The position numbers and the translations under genes were made by a program. From an uncultured Caulobacterales bacterium (GTDB lineage: Bacteria; Pseudomonadota; Alphaproteobacteria; Caulobacterales; Maricaulaceae), in contig CAYGQB010000001.1 in NCBI GenBank assembly GCA_964351895.1, positions 1-56,996 of the forward strand: a DNA stretch of 56,996 nucleotides. Direction: 5' to 3'. The first letter of the stretch is position 1; every line of letters begins with the position of its first letter. Under the pieces are notes generated by a model. The model was not told the origin of the DNA, did not search any database, and saw nothing but the letters and a program-made list of their open reading frames with translations. This document shows positions 18,549 to 29,602 of this stretch, piece by piece.

Positions 18549-19625
18549 CTAGAGCGGCGCATCAACGCCAACCGCTTCAGCCACTGAGGCAAAGCCGTCC
18601 GCGGCCAGCCGAGCCGCCAAGTCGCGCGCAATCACTCGCACCAGCCCGGGCCCCTTGTAGGCAAGCGCGGTGTAAAGCTGGACGGCGCTGGCGCCGGCGC
18701 GGATCTTTGCGAAGGCGGTCTCTCCGTCCTCAACCCCGCCCGCGCCGATCAACGGCAGGCGCCCGCCGGTGGCGGCGCGAAACTGTGACACGAGAACCGT
18801 TGACGGCGCGAACAAGGGCCGCCCGGACAGCCCCCCGGCCTCGCCCTTGGCGCGGCTCTTCAAGAGCTCAGGGCGCGCCAAGGTCGTGTTCGACACAATC
18901 AGCGCATCGAGGCTGTAGCGCTCGGCGGCGGCGGCGATGGCGGCGATCTGCACATCGTCGAGGTCTGGGGCCACCTTCAAGAACACGGGAACCTTGGCGT
19001 CGAGGGCGGCGCGCTCTGTTTCGATGCGTCCCAACAAGTCCTCAAGCGCGCCGGCCTCTTGCAGCCCGCGCAGCCCCGGCGTGTTCGGCGAGGAAATGTT
19101 GATGGTGACATAGTCGACAAGCGACGCCGTCGCCCGCAATCCAAGGGCGTAGTCCTCGATCCGATCCGGGCTGTCCTTGTTGGCGCCCAGATTGGCCCCG
19201 ACCACGCCGCGCCGTTTGCCCGGGGCTGCGAGCCGGCTGGAAAGCCGCTGGGTGAACGCATCCAAGCCGCCTGAATTGAATCCGTAGCGATTGATCACTC
19301 CGGCGTCAGCGCGCAGGCGAAACACGCGCGGCCTTGGGTTGCCAGGCTGCGGCAGGGGCGTGACCGTCCCACATTCGGCAAAACCAAAGCCGGCGGCCAG
19401 CATGGCGTCGGGAACCCGGGCGTCCTTGTCAAAGCCCGCCGCCAGGCCGATGGGATTGGGCAGGCTCAGCCCCGCGACCTGCGTGGCCAGGGCGTCATAC
19501 CGTGGGGCCGCGCCGCCTGCGCCCGCCGGACCCAACATCTCCATGCCAGCAATAGCCAGATTATGAGCCGTCTCAGGATCGAGTAGCCAGGCCGCCCGCG
19601 TCGCCGCATCAAGAAGCAGGGTCAT
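18549..19625 (-). CDS. pyrD: dihydroorotate dehydrogenase (quinone), class 2
   Basis: N-terminal membrane-association helix, GFDKD, NLGANK, SSPNTPGLR and GGL.G motifs. Confidence 0.92.
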   Translation of the reverse strand: MTLLLDAATRAAWLLDPETAHNLAIAGMEMLGPAGAGGAAPRYDALATQVAGLSLPNPIGLAAGFDKDARVPDAMLAAGFGFAECGTVTPLPQPGNPRPRVFRLRADAGVINRYGFNSGGLDAFTQRLSSRLAAPGKRRGVVGANLGANKDSPDRIEDYALGLRATASLVDYVTINISSPNTPGLRGLQEAGALEDLLGRIETERAALDAKVPVFLKVAPDLDDVQIAAIAAAAERYSLDALIVSNTTLARPELLKSRAKGEAGGLSGRPLFAPSTVLVSQFRAATGGRLPLIGAGGVEDGETAFAKIRAGASAVQLYTALAYKGPGLVRVIARDLAARLAADGFASVAEAVGVDAPL

Positions 19626-20035
19626 GTCGCAAACTCTCGGGCTGGCGTGACGTGCACAACGGCGCTGAGGGGCGCCGGTCCGCCGTAGAGATGCGGGAAC
19701 AGGGCGGCGTCACGGCTCTCCTCCCAGCGCAACCGCTCGCCGAGCGCGGCCGCGTCGAGCCACAAGACCATCAGGTCCGGCACGCCGACAAAGTGCGCCT
19801 TGAGCGTGCCGGCCACCTGGTCGGGGTGCGACAGGTGGATGAAGCCGTCGCGCGCATCAAGCTCGCCGCCTGCGAACGCGCCCGCAGCCTGCGCGGCCGC
19901 CCACTCTTCAGCCGAGCAGATCCGGCACACGAGCAACGACTGGTGCGCGGGCGTTTGCGCGTCCGCCTGTTGCTTGTCGGCTTCGACTGAAGCGGCGGAT
20001 CGCTTGACTGATTCTGGCACAGAATAGCGCGTCAT
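19622..20035 (-). CDS. DUF952-domain protein
   Basis: GFIHLS...Q...TL..HF and FPHLYG motifs. ATGA overlap with pyrD. Start chosen at ATG 20035. Confidence 0.7.
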   Translation of the reverse strand: MTRYSVPESVKRSAASVEADKQQADAQTPAHQSLLVCRICSAEEWAAAQAAGAFAGGELDARDGFIHLSHPDQVAGTLKAHFVGVPDLMVLWLDAAALGERLRWEESRDAALFPHLYGGPAPLSAVVHVTPAREFAT

Positions 20036-20106
20036 TAGGTTGAAATTCCTTTCACCTTGGTTATGGTCCTGTTGCGGGCGAGGCATCGGCCGCGATGGAG
20101 CGGGCC

Positions 20107-20736
20107 ATGTTGACCCACACGCAGATCTGGACCGGCGTTGACGCATTGGCGCGCCGCCACGCCTTGACCGCGTCAGGATTGGCGCGGCTTGCCGGCCTTG
20201 ACCCCACAACGTTCAACAAGTCGAAGCGCTTTTCACCCGACGGCGTCAAGGCGCGCTGGCCGTCAACTGAAAGCGTTTCGAAGATCTTGGACGCCACCGG
20301 CGCCTCATTTGAGGAATTTGCCGCTCTTGCGACCGGACGCGCGCACGCCAGTCGTCCCGTGCCGCTGATCGGCTTTGCCCAGGCGGGCGCGAACGGCTTT
20401 TTCGATGACGCCGGGTTCCCAGCCGGTGCAGGCTGGGACGAAATCTCGTTTCCGACCGGACCCGAAGATGGCGTCTATGCGCTTGAGATCGCTGGCGACT
20501 CCATGGTGCCCGTGTTCCGACCGGGAGATCGCATCATCGTTGCGCCGGGCCAAGAGGTGCGAAAAGGCGACCGGGTGGTGGTCAAGACCCGCGGCGGCGA
20601 AGTCATGGCCAAGGAGCTGGGACGCATTTCCGCCCGGCGGGTCGAGCTGATCTCGCTCAATCCGGCCTATCCGCCGCGCGATCTGGATGTGGACGACATC
20701 TCCTGGATTGCCCGCGTGGTGTGGGCCAGCCAGTAG
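20107..20736 (+). CDS. HTH / S24 (LexA-like) peptidase-family transcriptional repressor
   Basis: N-terminal HTH (LARLAGLDPTTFNKSKR), C-terminal GDSMVP (nucleophile Ser) and downstream Lys (VVVKTRGG). GGAG lies 7 nt before ATG 20107; ATG 20095 is also possible. Confidence 0.75.
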   Translation: MLTHTQIWTGVDALARRHALTASGLARLAGLDPTTFNKSKRFSPDGVKARWPSTESVSKILDATGASFEEFAALATGRAHASRPVPLIGFAQAGANGFFDDAGFPAGAGWDEISFPTGPEDGVYALEIAGDSMVPVFRPGDRIIVAPGQEVRKGDRVVVKTRGGEVMAKELGRISARRVELISLNPAYPPRDLDVDDISWIARVVWASQ

Positions 20737-20786
20737 GACGCCCCTCTCGCTTCGCGTCTCAGGCGTGTCGTGCTATTTTCATCCCT

Positions 20787-21419
20787 ATGAACACCACCTC
20801 AGATGATCGTCCCTCCCGCGCCCCTGGCCGAGCGATTCTGGCCAATCTGATGATAGCCGCCGCATGCGGCCTAGCCCTGACCGGCGCGCCGGCAAGCGCC
20901 CAGTCCATGACCGTGCTCGGCGGCAATCCTGACGCGCGCGACTGTTTCGAAGCAGCGCGGTTTGAAGGCGTTTCAATGCGCGACATCGCCGCCTGCGACC
21001 GCGCCCTCGTCCCCGGCGCCACCCGGCGCAAGGACCGCATCGCCACCTACGTGAACCGCGGCATCTTGAAGGCGCGCAACTCTGACCAGGCCGGCGCCAT
21101 GGCGGACTATGAGTCCGCTCTGAAGATGGCTCCGCGCCAGGCCGAAGTGTTCGTGAACCGCGGCAACGTGCGCTACGCGACCGGCGACGTGGCGGGGGCG
21201 CTTGACGACTATGCCCGCTCGTTGGAGCTGGACATCCGCGATCAGGGCGCGGTGCACTACAATTTGGGACTGGCGCACGAGAAACTCGGCCAGGCCGACG
21301 CGGCGAGGCGCAATTATGAGCGCGCGCTTGAGATCAAGCCCGACTGGCTCCTGCCGCGCCGCCGCCTGGAGGCCATGCAGACGCCAGCCGATGCTGGCCC
21401 GGGCGCCGGCGGGCGCTAG
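20787..21419 (+). CDS. secreted TPR-repeat protein
   Basis: Signal peptide (AAACGLALTGAPASAQS) followed by TPR-like repeats (YVNRGILKA, FVNRGNVRYATGD, HYNLGLAHEKLG..A...YERALEIKPD). Confidence 0.75.
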   Translation: MNTTSDDRPSRAPGRAILANLMIAAACGLALTGAPASAQSMTVLGGNPDARDCFEAARFEGVSMRDIAACDRALVPGATRRKDRIATYVNRGILKARNSDQAGAMADYESALKMAPRQAEVFVNRGNVRYATGDVAGALDDYARSLELDIRDQGAVHYNLGLAHEKLGQADAARRNYERALEIKPDWLLPRRRLEAMQTPADAGPGAGGR

Positions 21420-21450
21420 GCCGACCGCTCCAGCCGACCCCGCACGCAAC

Positions 21451-21479
21451 GAAAAAAGGGCCGCCCCGAAGGACGACCC
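21451..21479 (-). terminator. intrinsic terminator on the minus strand, about 230 nt downstream of typA
   Basis: The minus strand reads GGGTCGTCC-TTCG-GGGCGGCCC followed by TTTTTT. The stem needs two G-U pairs. Confidence 0.65.
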
Positions 21480-21539
21480 TTTCCGTGAATATCGACGCCC
21501 GGAGGGCAAGCTGTCGCCGCACGCGGCGTCAGCGCGAAT

Positions 21540-21617
21540 TCACATGTGCGACGAAGGCTGCTCCGTCGTCAGTTGAACCCGCAAAGCCGTTCCAACGGCG
21601 TGAAAATCACTCGACAT
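21540..21617 (-). CDS. candidate 25-codon small ORF (MSSDFHAVGTALRVQLTTEQPSSHM) behind an extended Shine-Dalgarno
   Basis: AAAGGAGGTGATCCA lies immediately 5' of the ATG. The third-position GC of the ORF is only moderate, so coding status is doubtful. Confidence 0.25.
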   Translation of the reverse strand: MSSDFHAVGTALRVQLTTEQPSSHM

Positions 21618-21709
21618 TGGATCACCTCCTTTCAGTTGCCCATGGACAAGACCTGAAAGGTGGCCCGCATTGCGCAGATGCGCAAGAGGCGCTCGGCTCA
21701 GACCGCCCC

Positions 21710-23539
<1,830 letters not shown>

Positions 23540-23676
23540 GGGGCGGGCCTAAGAAGTAAACAGACGCGCCGTCCATGCGCTGCACCGCACAAAAAGGCAA
23601 GCTGAAGCGGCTGTTGGCGCGAACGCGCCGGACGTCTTGCCGGCGCAGGCTTGCGCCTGGGAGGGGCGCACGCTCA

Positions 23677-23688
23677 TGTGTCGACACA
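23677..23688. promoter_or_regulatory. 12-bp perfect palindrome TGTGTCGACACA upstream of the SDR gene (candidate operator)
   Basis: Read directly. Ends 22 nt before ATG 23711. No cognate regulator identified. Confidence 0.25.
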
Positions 23689-23710
23689 CAAGACAAGGAC
23701 GCAAAACCAT

Positions 23711-24454
23711 ATGACGCAGAAACTTGCAGGAAAGATCGCCCTGGTGACCGGCGCATCGCGCGGGATCGGGCGTGGGATCGCCCGACGGCTTGCCGCCGAC
23801 GGCGCCCAGGTGGCTGTCCATTACGGCGGTTCGGCTGATGACGCGGCCCAAACCTTGAGCGAGATCGAAGCCGCAGGCGGGCGCGGGCGTCTGTTTCAAG
23901 CTGACGTCGCTGAGGTGGCGCAGATCCGCCGCCTGTTTGCCGATATCGACGACGCCATGGGCTCGGTCGACATCTTGATCAACAACGCTGGAATTGCGCT
24001 GAATGGCGGGATCAAGAAGTTCACCGAAGAGGACTTCGACAAGCTCTTTGCGATCAACGTGCGCGGGTACTTTTTTGCCATGCAGGAGGCCGCCCGGCGC
24101 ATGACCGACTGGGGCCGCATCGTCAACATCACCTCATCGTCAACTGAGTTTGCCTTCCCCGGCATGGCCGCCTACGCCGCCAGCCGCATGGCGCCGCGCA
24201 CCTTCGCCGCCGTCGCGGCTCAGGAACTGGGCAAGAACAATGTCACGGTGAACGCCGTCAGCCCCGGCCCGGTCGCCCCAGGCATGTTCGAGACCGCGCC
24301 CAAAGAAATGGTGGACATGGTCGTGGCAATGACCCCGCAAGGCCGGCTGGGCACGCCCGAGGACATCGCCGACGTGGTGGCGTTCCTGGCCTCAGAGGAT
24401 GCGCGCTGGATCAATGGCCAGCACATCTTGGCCAACGGCGGCGGTAAGGCCTAG
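23711..24454 (+). CDS. SDR-family oxidoreductase (3-oxoacyl-ACP reductase-like)
   Basis: TGASRGIG cofactor motif, NNAG, and YxxSK-like AYAASR. Confidence 0.85.
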   Translation: MTQKLAGKIALVTGASRGIGRGIARRLAADGAQVAVHYGGSADDAAQTLSEIEAAGGRGRLFQADVAEVAQIRRLFADIDDAMGSVDILINNAGIALNGGIKKFTEEDFDKLFAINVRGYFFAMQEAARRMTDWGRIVNITSSSTEFAFPGMAAYAASRMAPRTFAAVAAQELGKNNVTVNAVSPGPVAPGMFETAPKEMVDMVVAMTPQGRLGTPEDIADVVAFLASEDARWINGQHILANGGGKA

Positions 24455-24463
24455 CCTCGGCAC

Positions 24464-25303
24464 CTAGCTGGGCGTCTCTCCGTCCAGCCACACGGCAACG
24501 ATGGACGCCGCCTCCTGGCTCTGCTCAGTGATGATGAGTTGGGCCAGGAGGCGACCACGCTCTTGCATGGCGGCCTCAAATGCGTCGTTGGGCGCGGCTT
24601 GGTCGGCAAGCGCTAGGGCGTGAAGCGCCTCTTCACGATAGCGCTGCGGGGCGACGGACAAGAGCGCTATCGCACACTGGACAGCAATGGCCGCGTCGCC
24701 CGGGTCCAACTCGACCGCACGGGCGCAATGACTGCGGCCTGTACGACGCGACGCCCCTAACAGGCGGGCGCCGGTTGCCCCGCCGCGGCGGACAATTTCG
24801 AGGTTCCAGCCGCCCAGGAGCGCATGCGCCCAGGCGTCGGCCGGGTCCGCGGTGAGCGCATCTGTCAGCAGCTTGTGCGCTTCTTGGGGCGCCCCGGCGC
24901 GCCAGGCGCGCAACGCCGGCTCATCACGGTGGGCCAGCCAGATCGCCGCCGCCAAGTAGCGCCGCGCCTCTGCTGAGTTTGGCGCCTGCGCCAGGGCGGC
25001 GCGCGCATGATGTTCGGCCCGCACAGACTGGGCGCGGGCGGCAGAGCGCTCCGGGTTCAACACCGCCTGGGCGCACAGGGTCTTGGCGAGCAAAAGGTGG
25101 GCGGGCCCCGGCGCGGCGCTGGTCTCTTTCTCAGCCGTCGCGACAGCGCGATCAAAAAGACCGGCCACATAGGCCGCCTCGGCGTCGCGCAGGCTTGCCG
25201 TCGTCGCCTGAGCGCACGGAGCAACCAGACTGGCAAGCGCCAGCGCCGCAGCGCAGCCAGCGCCGGCCACCGATCGGGTTCGATGTCGGGTCTGGACCAG
25301 CAT
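24464..25303 (-). CDS. hypothetical secreted Ala-rich helical-repeat protein
   Basis: Signal-like N-terminus (AAALALASLVAPCAQA), then a long open frame with coding-like GC3. No family recognised. Confidence 0.5.
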   Translation of the reverse strand: MLVQTRHRTRSVAGAGCAAALALASLVAPCAQATTASLRDAEAAYVAGLFDRAVATAEKETSAAPGPAHLLLAKTLCAQAVLNPERSAARAQSVRAEHHARAALAQAPNSAEARRYLAAAIWLAHRDEPALRAWRAGAPQEAHKLLTDALTADPADAWAHALLGGWNLEIVRRGGATGARLLGASRRTGRSHCARAVELDPGDAAIAVQCAIALLSVAPQRYREEALHALALADQAAPNDAFEAAMQERGRLLAQLIITEQSQEAASIVAVWLDGETPS

Positions 25304-25455
25304 GAATTCAACTCTAGGGCGACCACGAAGCCCTACCAGTCTGCACACACCTTTGTGTCCATGACGCGGCCAGACGGCGGTTTCGCCTCCCCCCGCGGTA
25401 GGACGCCCCCCCGGATAGGACGCCCCAAGTGCGCCGAAGCGACGTGTCGCCGGTG

Positions 25456-27054
25456 CTAGCTGGGCGCGGCCACGAGATCGCCCGCCAAGGCGGTGTCTAT
25501 GAGCCCTATGGTGTTTTCCAACCCATAGACGGCGGCGAACGAGCCAAAGCGCGGTCCCTGCGTCTGTCCCAGGAGCACTTCGTAGATGGCGACGAACCAG
25601 GACCGCAGGGGCTCAAAGCCCGCCTCTTTGCCAACCGCATAAACTTCAGTTTGGATCACTTCCCCGTCGCGCGTCTCTGGGTCGAGCGCAGCCAGGCGCG
25701 CACGCAAGGCCTCTAGGGCGCCGCGTTCCTGAGAATCCGGCGCGCGATAAGACTTGGTCGGCGCAACCACGTCTTGAAAATAGCGCACCGCATAGCCGGC
25801 AAGTCGGTCCAGCAGCGGATGGCTCTGCGGCGTGGCCCCGTCAACATGCTGGCCGATAAATCCCCACAGAACGTCCGTGTCATGGGCGCTCACCGCCGAC
25901 GCCAAATTCAACAGCAGCGAGAAGCTGATGGGGCTGGTGTCGGCCGGCGGCGGGCCTGCGTGCACGTGCCAGGTGGGGTTTTCGATCTGCGCCGCCGGTT
26001 CCTGACCGGCGAACGCGGCGCGGTGCTGAAGGTACTCGTCGGTCGCCTTGGGAATGACCTCAAAGTGCATGCGCTTGGCCGTCTTGGGCTTTTGAAACAT
26101 GAAAAACGCCAAGCTCTCAGGCGCGGCATAGGTCAGCCACTCCTCAATGGAGACGCCATTGCCCTTGGACTTGGAGATTTTTTCGCCGTTGGCGTCGAGA
26201 AACAGCTCGTAGACGTACTGCACCGGCGGCTCGACACCCAGGATGCGGCAGATCTTGGAATAGATGACGCCATTGGCCTGATGGTCTTTGCCGTACATTT
26301 CAAAGTCGACGCCGAGCGCAGCCCAGCGCATTCCAAAGTCAGGCTTCCACTGCAACTTCACCCGCCCGCCGGTCACCGACGTGGTGACGTCGCGTCCGTC
26401 TTCGTCTTCAAAGGTGACTTCCCCTTTGGCCGCGTCGACGTCCTTCATCGGCACATAGAGCACTCGGCCCGTCGTCGGCGAGATCGGCAGGAAGGGGCTG
26501 TAGGTGGCTTGGCGTTCGGCGCCCAAGGTCGGCAGCATCACGCGCATGATCTGCTCGTACCGCTCCAGGGCACGCACCAGCATGTCGTCGAAGGCGCCTG
26601 ACCGATACTGCTCGGTGGCGGACATGAACTCGTAGGAAAAGCCAAAGCCGTCTAGAAAGGCGCGCAGGCGGGCGTTATTGTGTTGGGCAAAGCCCTCGTG
26701 TTCGCCAAACGGATCGGGCACCGCCGTTAAAGGCTTGCCCATGTGCGCTTCCAACAGCGCCTGGTTGGGCACGTTTGAGGGCGCCTTTCGCATCCCGTCC
26801 ATGTCATCGGAAAAGGCGATAAGGCGCGTGGGATAGGCGTCGTCGGTCAGAACACGAAAGGCGTGCTGCACCATCGTTGTGCGCGCCACTTCTCCGAACG
26901 TGCCGATGTGCGGCAGCCCCGATGGGCCATAGCCGGTCTCGAACACAACCGCATCGCCGTCAAAACCACGCGTTTCGATGCGCTTGAGAAGCGCGCGCGC
27001 CTGCTCGAACGGCCAGGCCTTGGCGTTGGCGGCCAGGGCGGAAAATGCGGACAT
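25456..27054 (-). CDS. lysK: lysine--tRNA ligase, class I
   Basis: WPF..A..L......[19 protein letters not shown] (HIGH-like) and KISKSKGNG (KMSKS-like); 532 aa. Confidence 0.9.
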   Translation of the reverse strand: MSAFSALAANAKAWPFEQARALLKRIETRGFDGDAVVFETGYGPSGLPHIGTFGEVARTTMVQHAFRVLTDDAYPTRLIAFSDDMDGMRKAPSNVPNQALLEAHMGKPLTAVPDPFGEHEGFAQHNNARLRAFLDGFGFSYEFMSATEQYRSGAFDDMLVRALERYEQIMRVMLPTLGAERQATYSPFLPISPTTGRVLYVPMKDVDAAKGEVTFEDEDGRDVTTSVTGGRVKLQWKPDFGMRWAALGVDFEMYGKDHQANGVIYSKICRILGVEPPVQYVYELFLDANGEKISKSKGNGVSIEEWLTYAAPESLAFFMFQKPKTAKRMHFEVIPKATDEYLQHRAAFAGQEPAAQIENPTWHVHAGPPPADTSPISFSLLLNLASAVSAHDTDVLWGFIGQHVDGATPQSHPLLDRLAGYAVRYFQDVVAPTKSYRAPDSQERGALEALRARLAALDPETRDGEVIQTEVYAVGKEAGFEPLRSWFVAIYEVLLGQTQGPRFGSFAAVYGLENTIGLIDTALAGDLVAAPS

Positions 27055-27259
27055 GCGACCCCCTCTTTGTATGGCCCGAACGCGTGGGCGCGTGGTCGAC
27101 GCTAGGAAGGCTTGGGTGCAGGGTCAATCGCGCACGCAAGACCTCCGGGTCATGACAGCGGCGTGACGCATGCGTTGCCGCTTGGCAACACCGACCAGGA
27201 GTTGCGGCTGGCGACACCTTGAGCGCCTTGATCCCGCCTCGATTCGGCGGATTCCTGTA

Positions 27260-27448
27260 TGCGCGGCGCGGAGGGGGCGTTCGCACGAAGCCATCAACAC
27301 GACCGCGGACCAACGTCCGTGATCGCCGCGGCAGACCTAAGCACTCCGCCAAGTGGTGGTTTCGTGACATCTTTGGGGGCAGGCGCGCTGGGCCAAAACC
27401 AGCGTGAAAGGCCTCCCGCAACCCAACGGTTGCGGGAGGCCTTTTTCA
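27260..27448 (+). ncRNA. candidate structured non-coding RNA ending at a strong terminator (5' end undefined)
   Basis: No convincing ORF between 27055 and 27406. A 12-bp long-range helix (27284-27295 with 27355-27366) encloses a CCGCGG/CCGCGG hairpin. The terminator follows at 27407-27448. Confidence 0.3.
27407..27448 (+). terminator. strong intrinsic terminator (17-bp stem, CAAC loop, T5 tract)
   Basis: AAAGGCCTCCCGCAACC-CAAC-GGTTGCGGGAGGCCTTT then TT, read directly. Confidence 0.8.
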
Positions 27449-27588
27449 TTTCCGATCATGGTGATCGCACATTCTGGCCGCCTGCCTGTCCCAGGTGAGC
27501 TCGTGACCCAAGCTTGGACGAGGGACGTTCGCCTCTGGCGGCCCGCAGTTTGCAGCGTTGCGCCTCTCACGCGAAAGGCGAAACGCTC

Positions 27589-27837
27589 ATGGTTCTGGAT
27601 CCGACCGTCGAACTGGAAGGCCTCAACCGGCTTTTATCTTACGCTGCAGGCGGTCTAAGCTTTATCGCCGTCTCTGGCTGGGTCGGCTTCTTTCTCGGCC
27701 AGCGCGCCGCCCGCGGCACCACCAAGACCATCCGCACCCTGTGCGGGTTTGGTGGTCTGTGGATTGGCGGCGCCGTGGCCCAGATCGTCTTGATGGCGAT
27801 GTTCGTGACCATCCAGCTGGCGGCCATGTGGGCCTAA
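27589..27837 (+). CDS. hypothetical small membrane protein (two TM helices)
   Basis: 82 aa. AAAGG lies about 10 nt before ATG 27589. Hydrophobic stretches GGLSFIAVSGWVGFFL and GGLWIGGAVAQIVLMAMFV. Confidence 0.5.
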   Translation: MVLDPTVELEGLNRLLSYAAGGLSFIAVSGWVGFFLGQRAARGTTKTIRTLCGFGGLWIGGAVAQIVLMAMFVTIQLAAMWA

Positions 27838-27844
27838 GACGCGC

Positions 27845-28480
27845 CTACTTGTCGGGCTGCGGCGTCACCCGCAGATACGGCTTTATCTTCTGGTACCCCT
27901 TTGGAAAGAGCGCATCGGCGTCAGCGTCCGACAGGCTGGGAACGATGATCACGTCATCGCCGCTGCGCCAGTTCACGGGCGTTGCCACCTTGTAGCCGTC
28001 AGTCAGCTGGAGACTATCGATCAGCCTTACGATCTCATCGAAGTTGCGCCCCGCGCTCGGCGGATAGGTGAAGGTGGCGCGCACTTTCTTGGCTGGATCA
28101 ATCACGTAGACCGCCCGCACAGTGAGCTTGGGATCGGCCTTGGGGTGGATCATGCCATAGAGCTTGGCCACCCGCGCGTCGGGGTCGGCAATGATCGGAA
28201 AGTTGACCGCCGCGCCTTGGGTTTCGCCGATGTCGCCAATCCAAGCCTTGTGGCTCTCCAAGTCGTCGACTGAAATCGCTATCGCCTTCACGTTGCGCTC
28301 CGCCAGCGTGTCCTTGAGCTTGGCGGTGTAGCCAAGTTCGGTCGTGCACACGGGCGTAAAATCGGCCGGGTGAGAGAAGAACACCGCCCAGCCGTCGCCG
28401 ATCCAGTTGTGGAACGAGATATCGCCGTCGGTAGTTTGCGCCTGAAAGTCAGGGGCTTCGTCGCCAAGAAGCAAAGTCAT
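27845..28480 (-). CDS. 1-Cys peroxiredoxin (Prx6-like)
   Basis: FSHPADFTPVCTTE active-site motif. GGAGA RBS before ATG 28480. Confidence 0.9.
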   Translation of the reverse strand: MTLLLGDEAPDFQAQTTDGDISFHNWIGDGWAVFFSHPADFTPVCTTELGYTAKLKDTLAERNVKAIAISVDDLESHKAWIGDIGETQGAAVNFPIIADPDARVAKLYGMIHPKADPKLTVRAVYVIDPAKKVRATFTYPPSAGRNFDEIVRLIDSLQLTDGYKVATPVNWRSGDDVIIVPSLSDADADALFPKGYQKIKPYLRVTPQPDK

Positions 28481-28685
28481 GATGAGTCTCCAGCTGTTGT
28501 GCGGTCCGGCGGGGGTGCGCAGCGCGTGTTCTAGACCACCGCGACCAGGAACGACGTGTGGACGGGCGCGCCGCGCACGTGCGACAGGCCATTGGCGCAA
28601 AGTATGCGACAAGTCAGGCGACACGGCACGCGCCGTGTGATCAGGTCTGGCCTGAGAAATCCTATCGACGCGAAAGGGACCTGCG

Positions 28686-29195
28686 TTGCGTCTTATCCTC
28701 ATGCGGCACGCCAAGACGCACGCGCGTCACGACTCCGGCGAAGATCACCCACGCGAATTGACTGAACGCGGTCGCGCGGACGCGGCGCAAACCGCTGTGG
28801 CGCTGCATGCAGCCGGCTGGGCGCCGGACTGCGCTCTGGTGTCTTCTTCGGCGCGAACAATGGCGACGTGGAGCATTCTGGCGTCCGCCTTCCCCGCCGC
28901 CAACGCCTATGAGAGCGATGCGCTCTATCTGGCTGGGGGTGACACGCTTTTGAACGCGGCGCGCGCCTCATTTCATGACGCAGACGGCGAAACCGTGCTG
29001 GTGCTCACGCACAATCCGGGGCTGAAGGAGGCCGCCTACGCACTCCTTGGCTTGCCGGGCGCGCACAATGACGACGCGCGCGCGCGTCTGTCTGAAGGCC
29101 TGCCCACCGGCTGGGCCTGTCTGTTTGACGGCGCTGACGCGGACCTCACCCAAGCCTCCCTGGTTGCAATGATTGGCCCCACCCGCACAGGCTGA
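28686..29195 (+). CDS. histidine phosphatase-family protein (SixA-like)
   Basis: LILMRHAK (RHG-type motif) at the N-terminus, later LVLTHNPG. TTG start at 28686 inferred. Confidence 0.7.
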   Translation: MRLILMRHAKTHARHDSGEDHPRELTERGRADAAQTAVALHAAGWAPDCALVSSSARTMATWSILASAFPAANAYESDALYLAGGDTLLNAARASFHDADGETVLVLTHNPGLKEAAYALLGLPGAHNDDARARLSEGLPTGWACLFDGADADLTQASLVAMIGPTRTG

Positions 29196-29602
29196 GTCGT
29201 CTCGACCCCACGTCGTGCGGCGCCTAGCGTGGGGTGCGTGGGCGGCCATCTCGGCCGGTGCGCTGGGGCGGGGAACGGCGGGTGGACGGCGGCCAAGGCC
29301 AGGGCGCAAGCGGATTCATTCCGTCACAGCGCGCTATCGAATGCCACCTGGGACCGCATCGCAAGAGCGGCGCGCCAAGCCGCCGCGCCTCGACCGCTCA
29401 TTCCGACAAGCGCCCCTCTGCAGACCCCGATGCGCCACCTGACGCAAACGACGGAGCGCGCCGCATCTCCGACGCCGCGGCGCGCCATGCCGAACAGCGC
29501 TTGCGCACGCGCTCGCCGCACCGGTGCGCAGCACGGCTCTCGTCATCACAAGAGAGCAAAACCGGAACCGGAGACGGCCCGTCCAGCTGGCCTTGGGGGC
29601 CG

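Noticed and set aside
20036-20106. An alphaproteobacterial SOS box (GTTC-N7-GTTC) or CtrA box (TTAA-N7-TTAAC) in the pyrD/DUF952 - S24-repressor divergent region and upstream of the ligase and exonuclease genes.
   Set aside because: By eye I found only isolated half-sites (for example GAAC at 7147-7150, TTAAC at 7166-7170). No properly spaced pair is present.
21618-21633. Fragment of a 16S rRNA gene or rRNA operon remnant.
   Set aside because: Identity to 16S is confined to the 16-nt 3' tail. The preceding bases (..CACTCGACAT) do not match the conserved ..GAACCTGCGG[CT] that precedes it in 16S.
27219-27407. 62-aa very basic ORF (TTG start) ending just before the terminator, as a possible small ribosomal-like protein.
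   Set aside because: Third-position GC is only about 66 percent by hand count, there is no RBS, the start is non-ATG, and there is no family resemblance.
27055-27448. Two-piece (permuted) alphaproteobacterial tmRNA as the identity of the non-coding region ending at the strong terminator.
   Set aside because: I could not find an ANDN...AA-type tag reading frame, a T-loop (GGTTCGANTCC-like), or a CCA-adjacent acceptor strand complementary to the GGGGGCG at 27273. RNase P (GGAAAGTCCGGGC) and SRP (GGAAGCAGCC) signatures are also absent.
29234-29602. Long N-terminal extension of the GT2 gene, from the ORF-track start at 29234.
   Set aside because: The translation is an Arg/Pro/Ala-rich string without TM helices or GT motifs. 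The first hydrophobic, protein-like sequence begins at ATG 29603.
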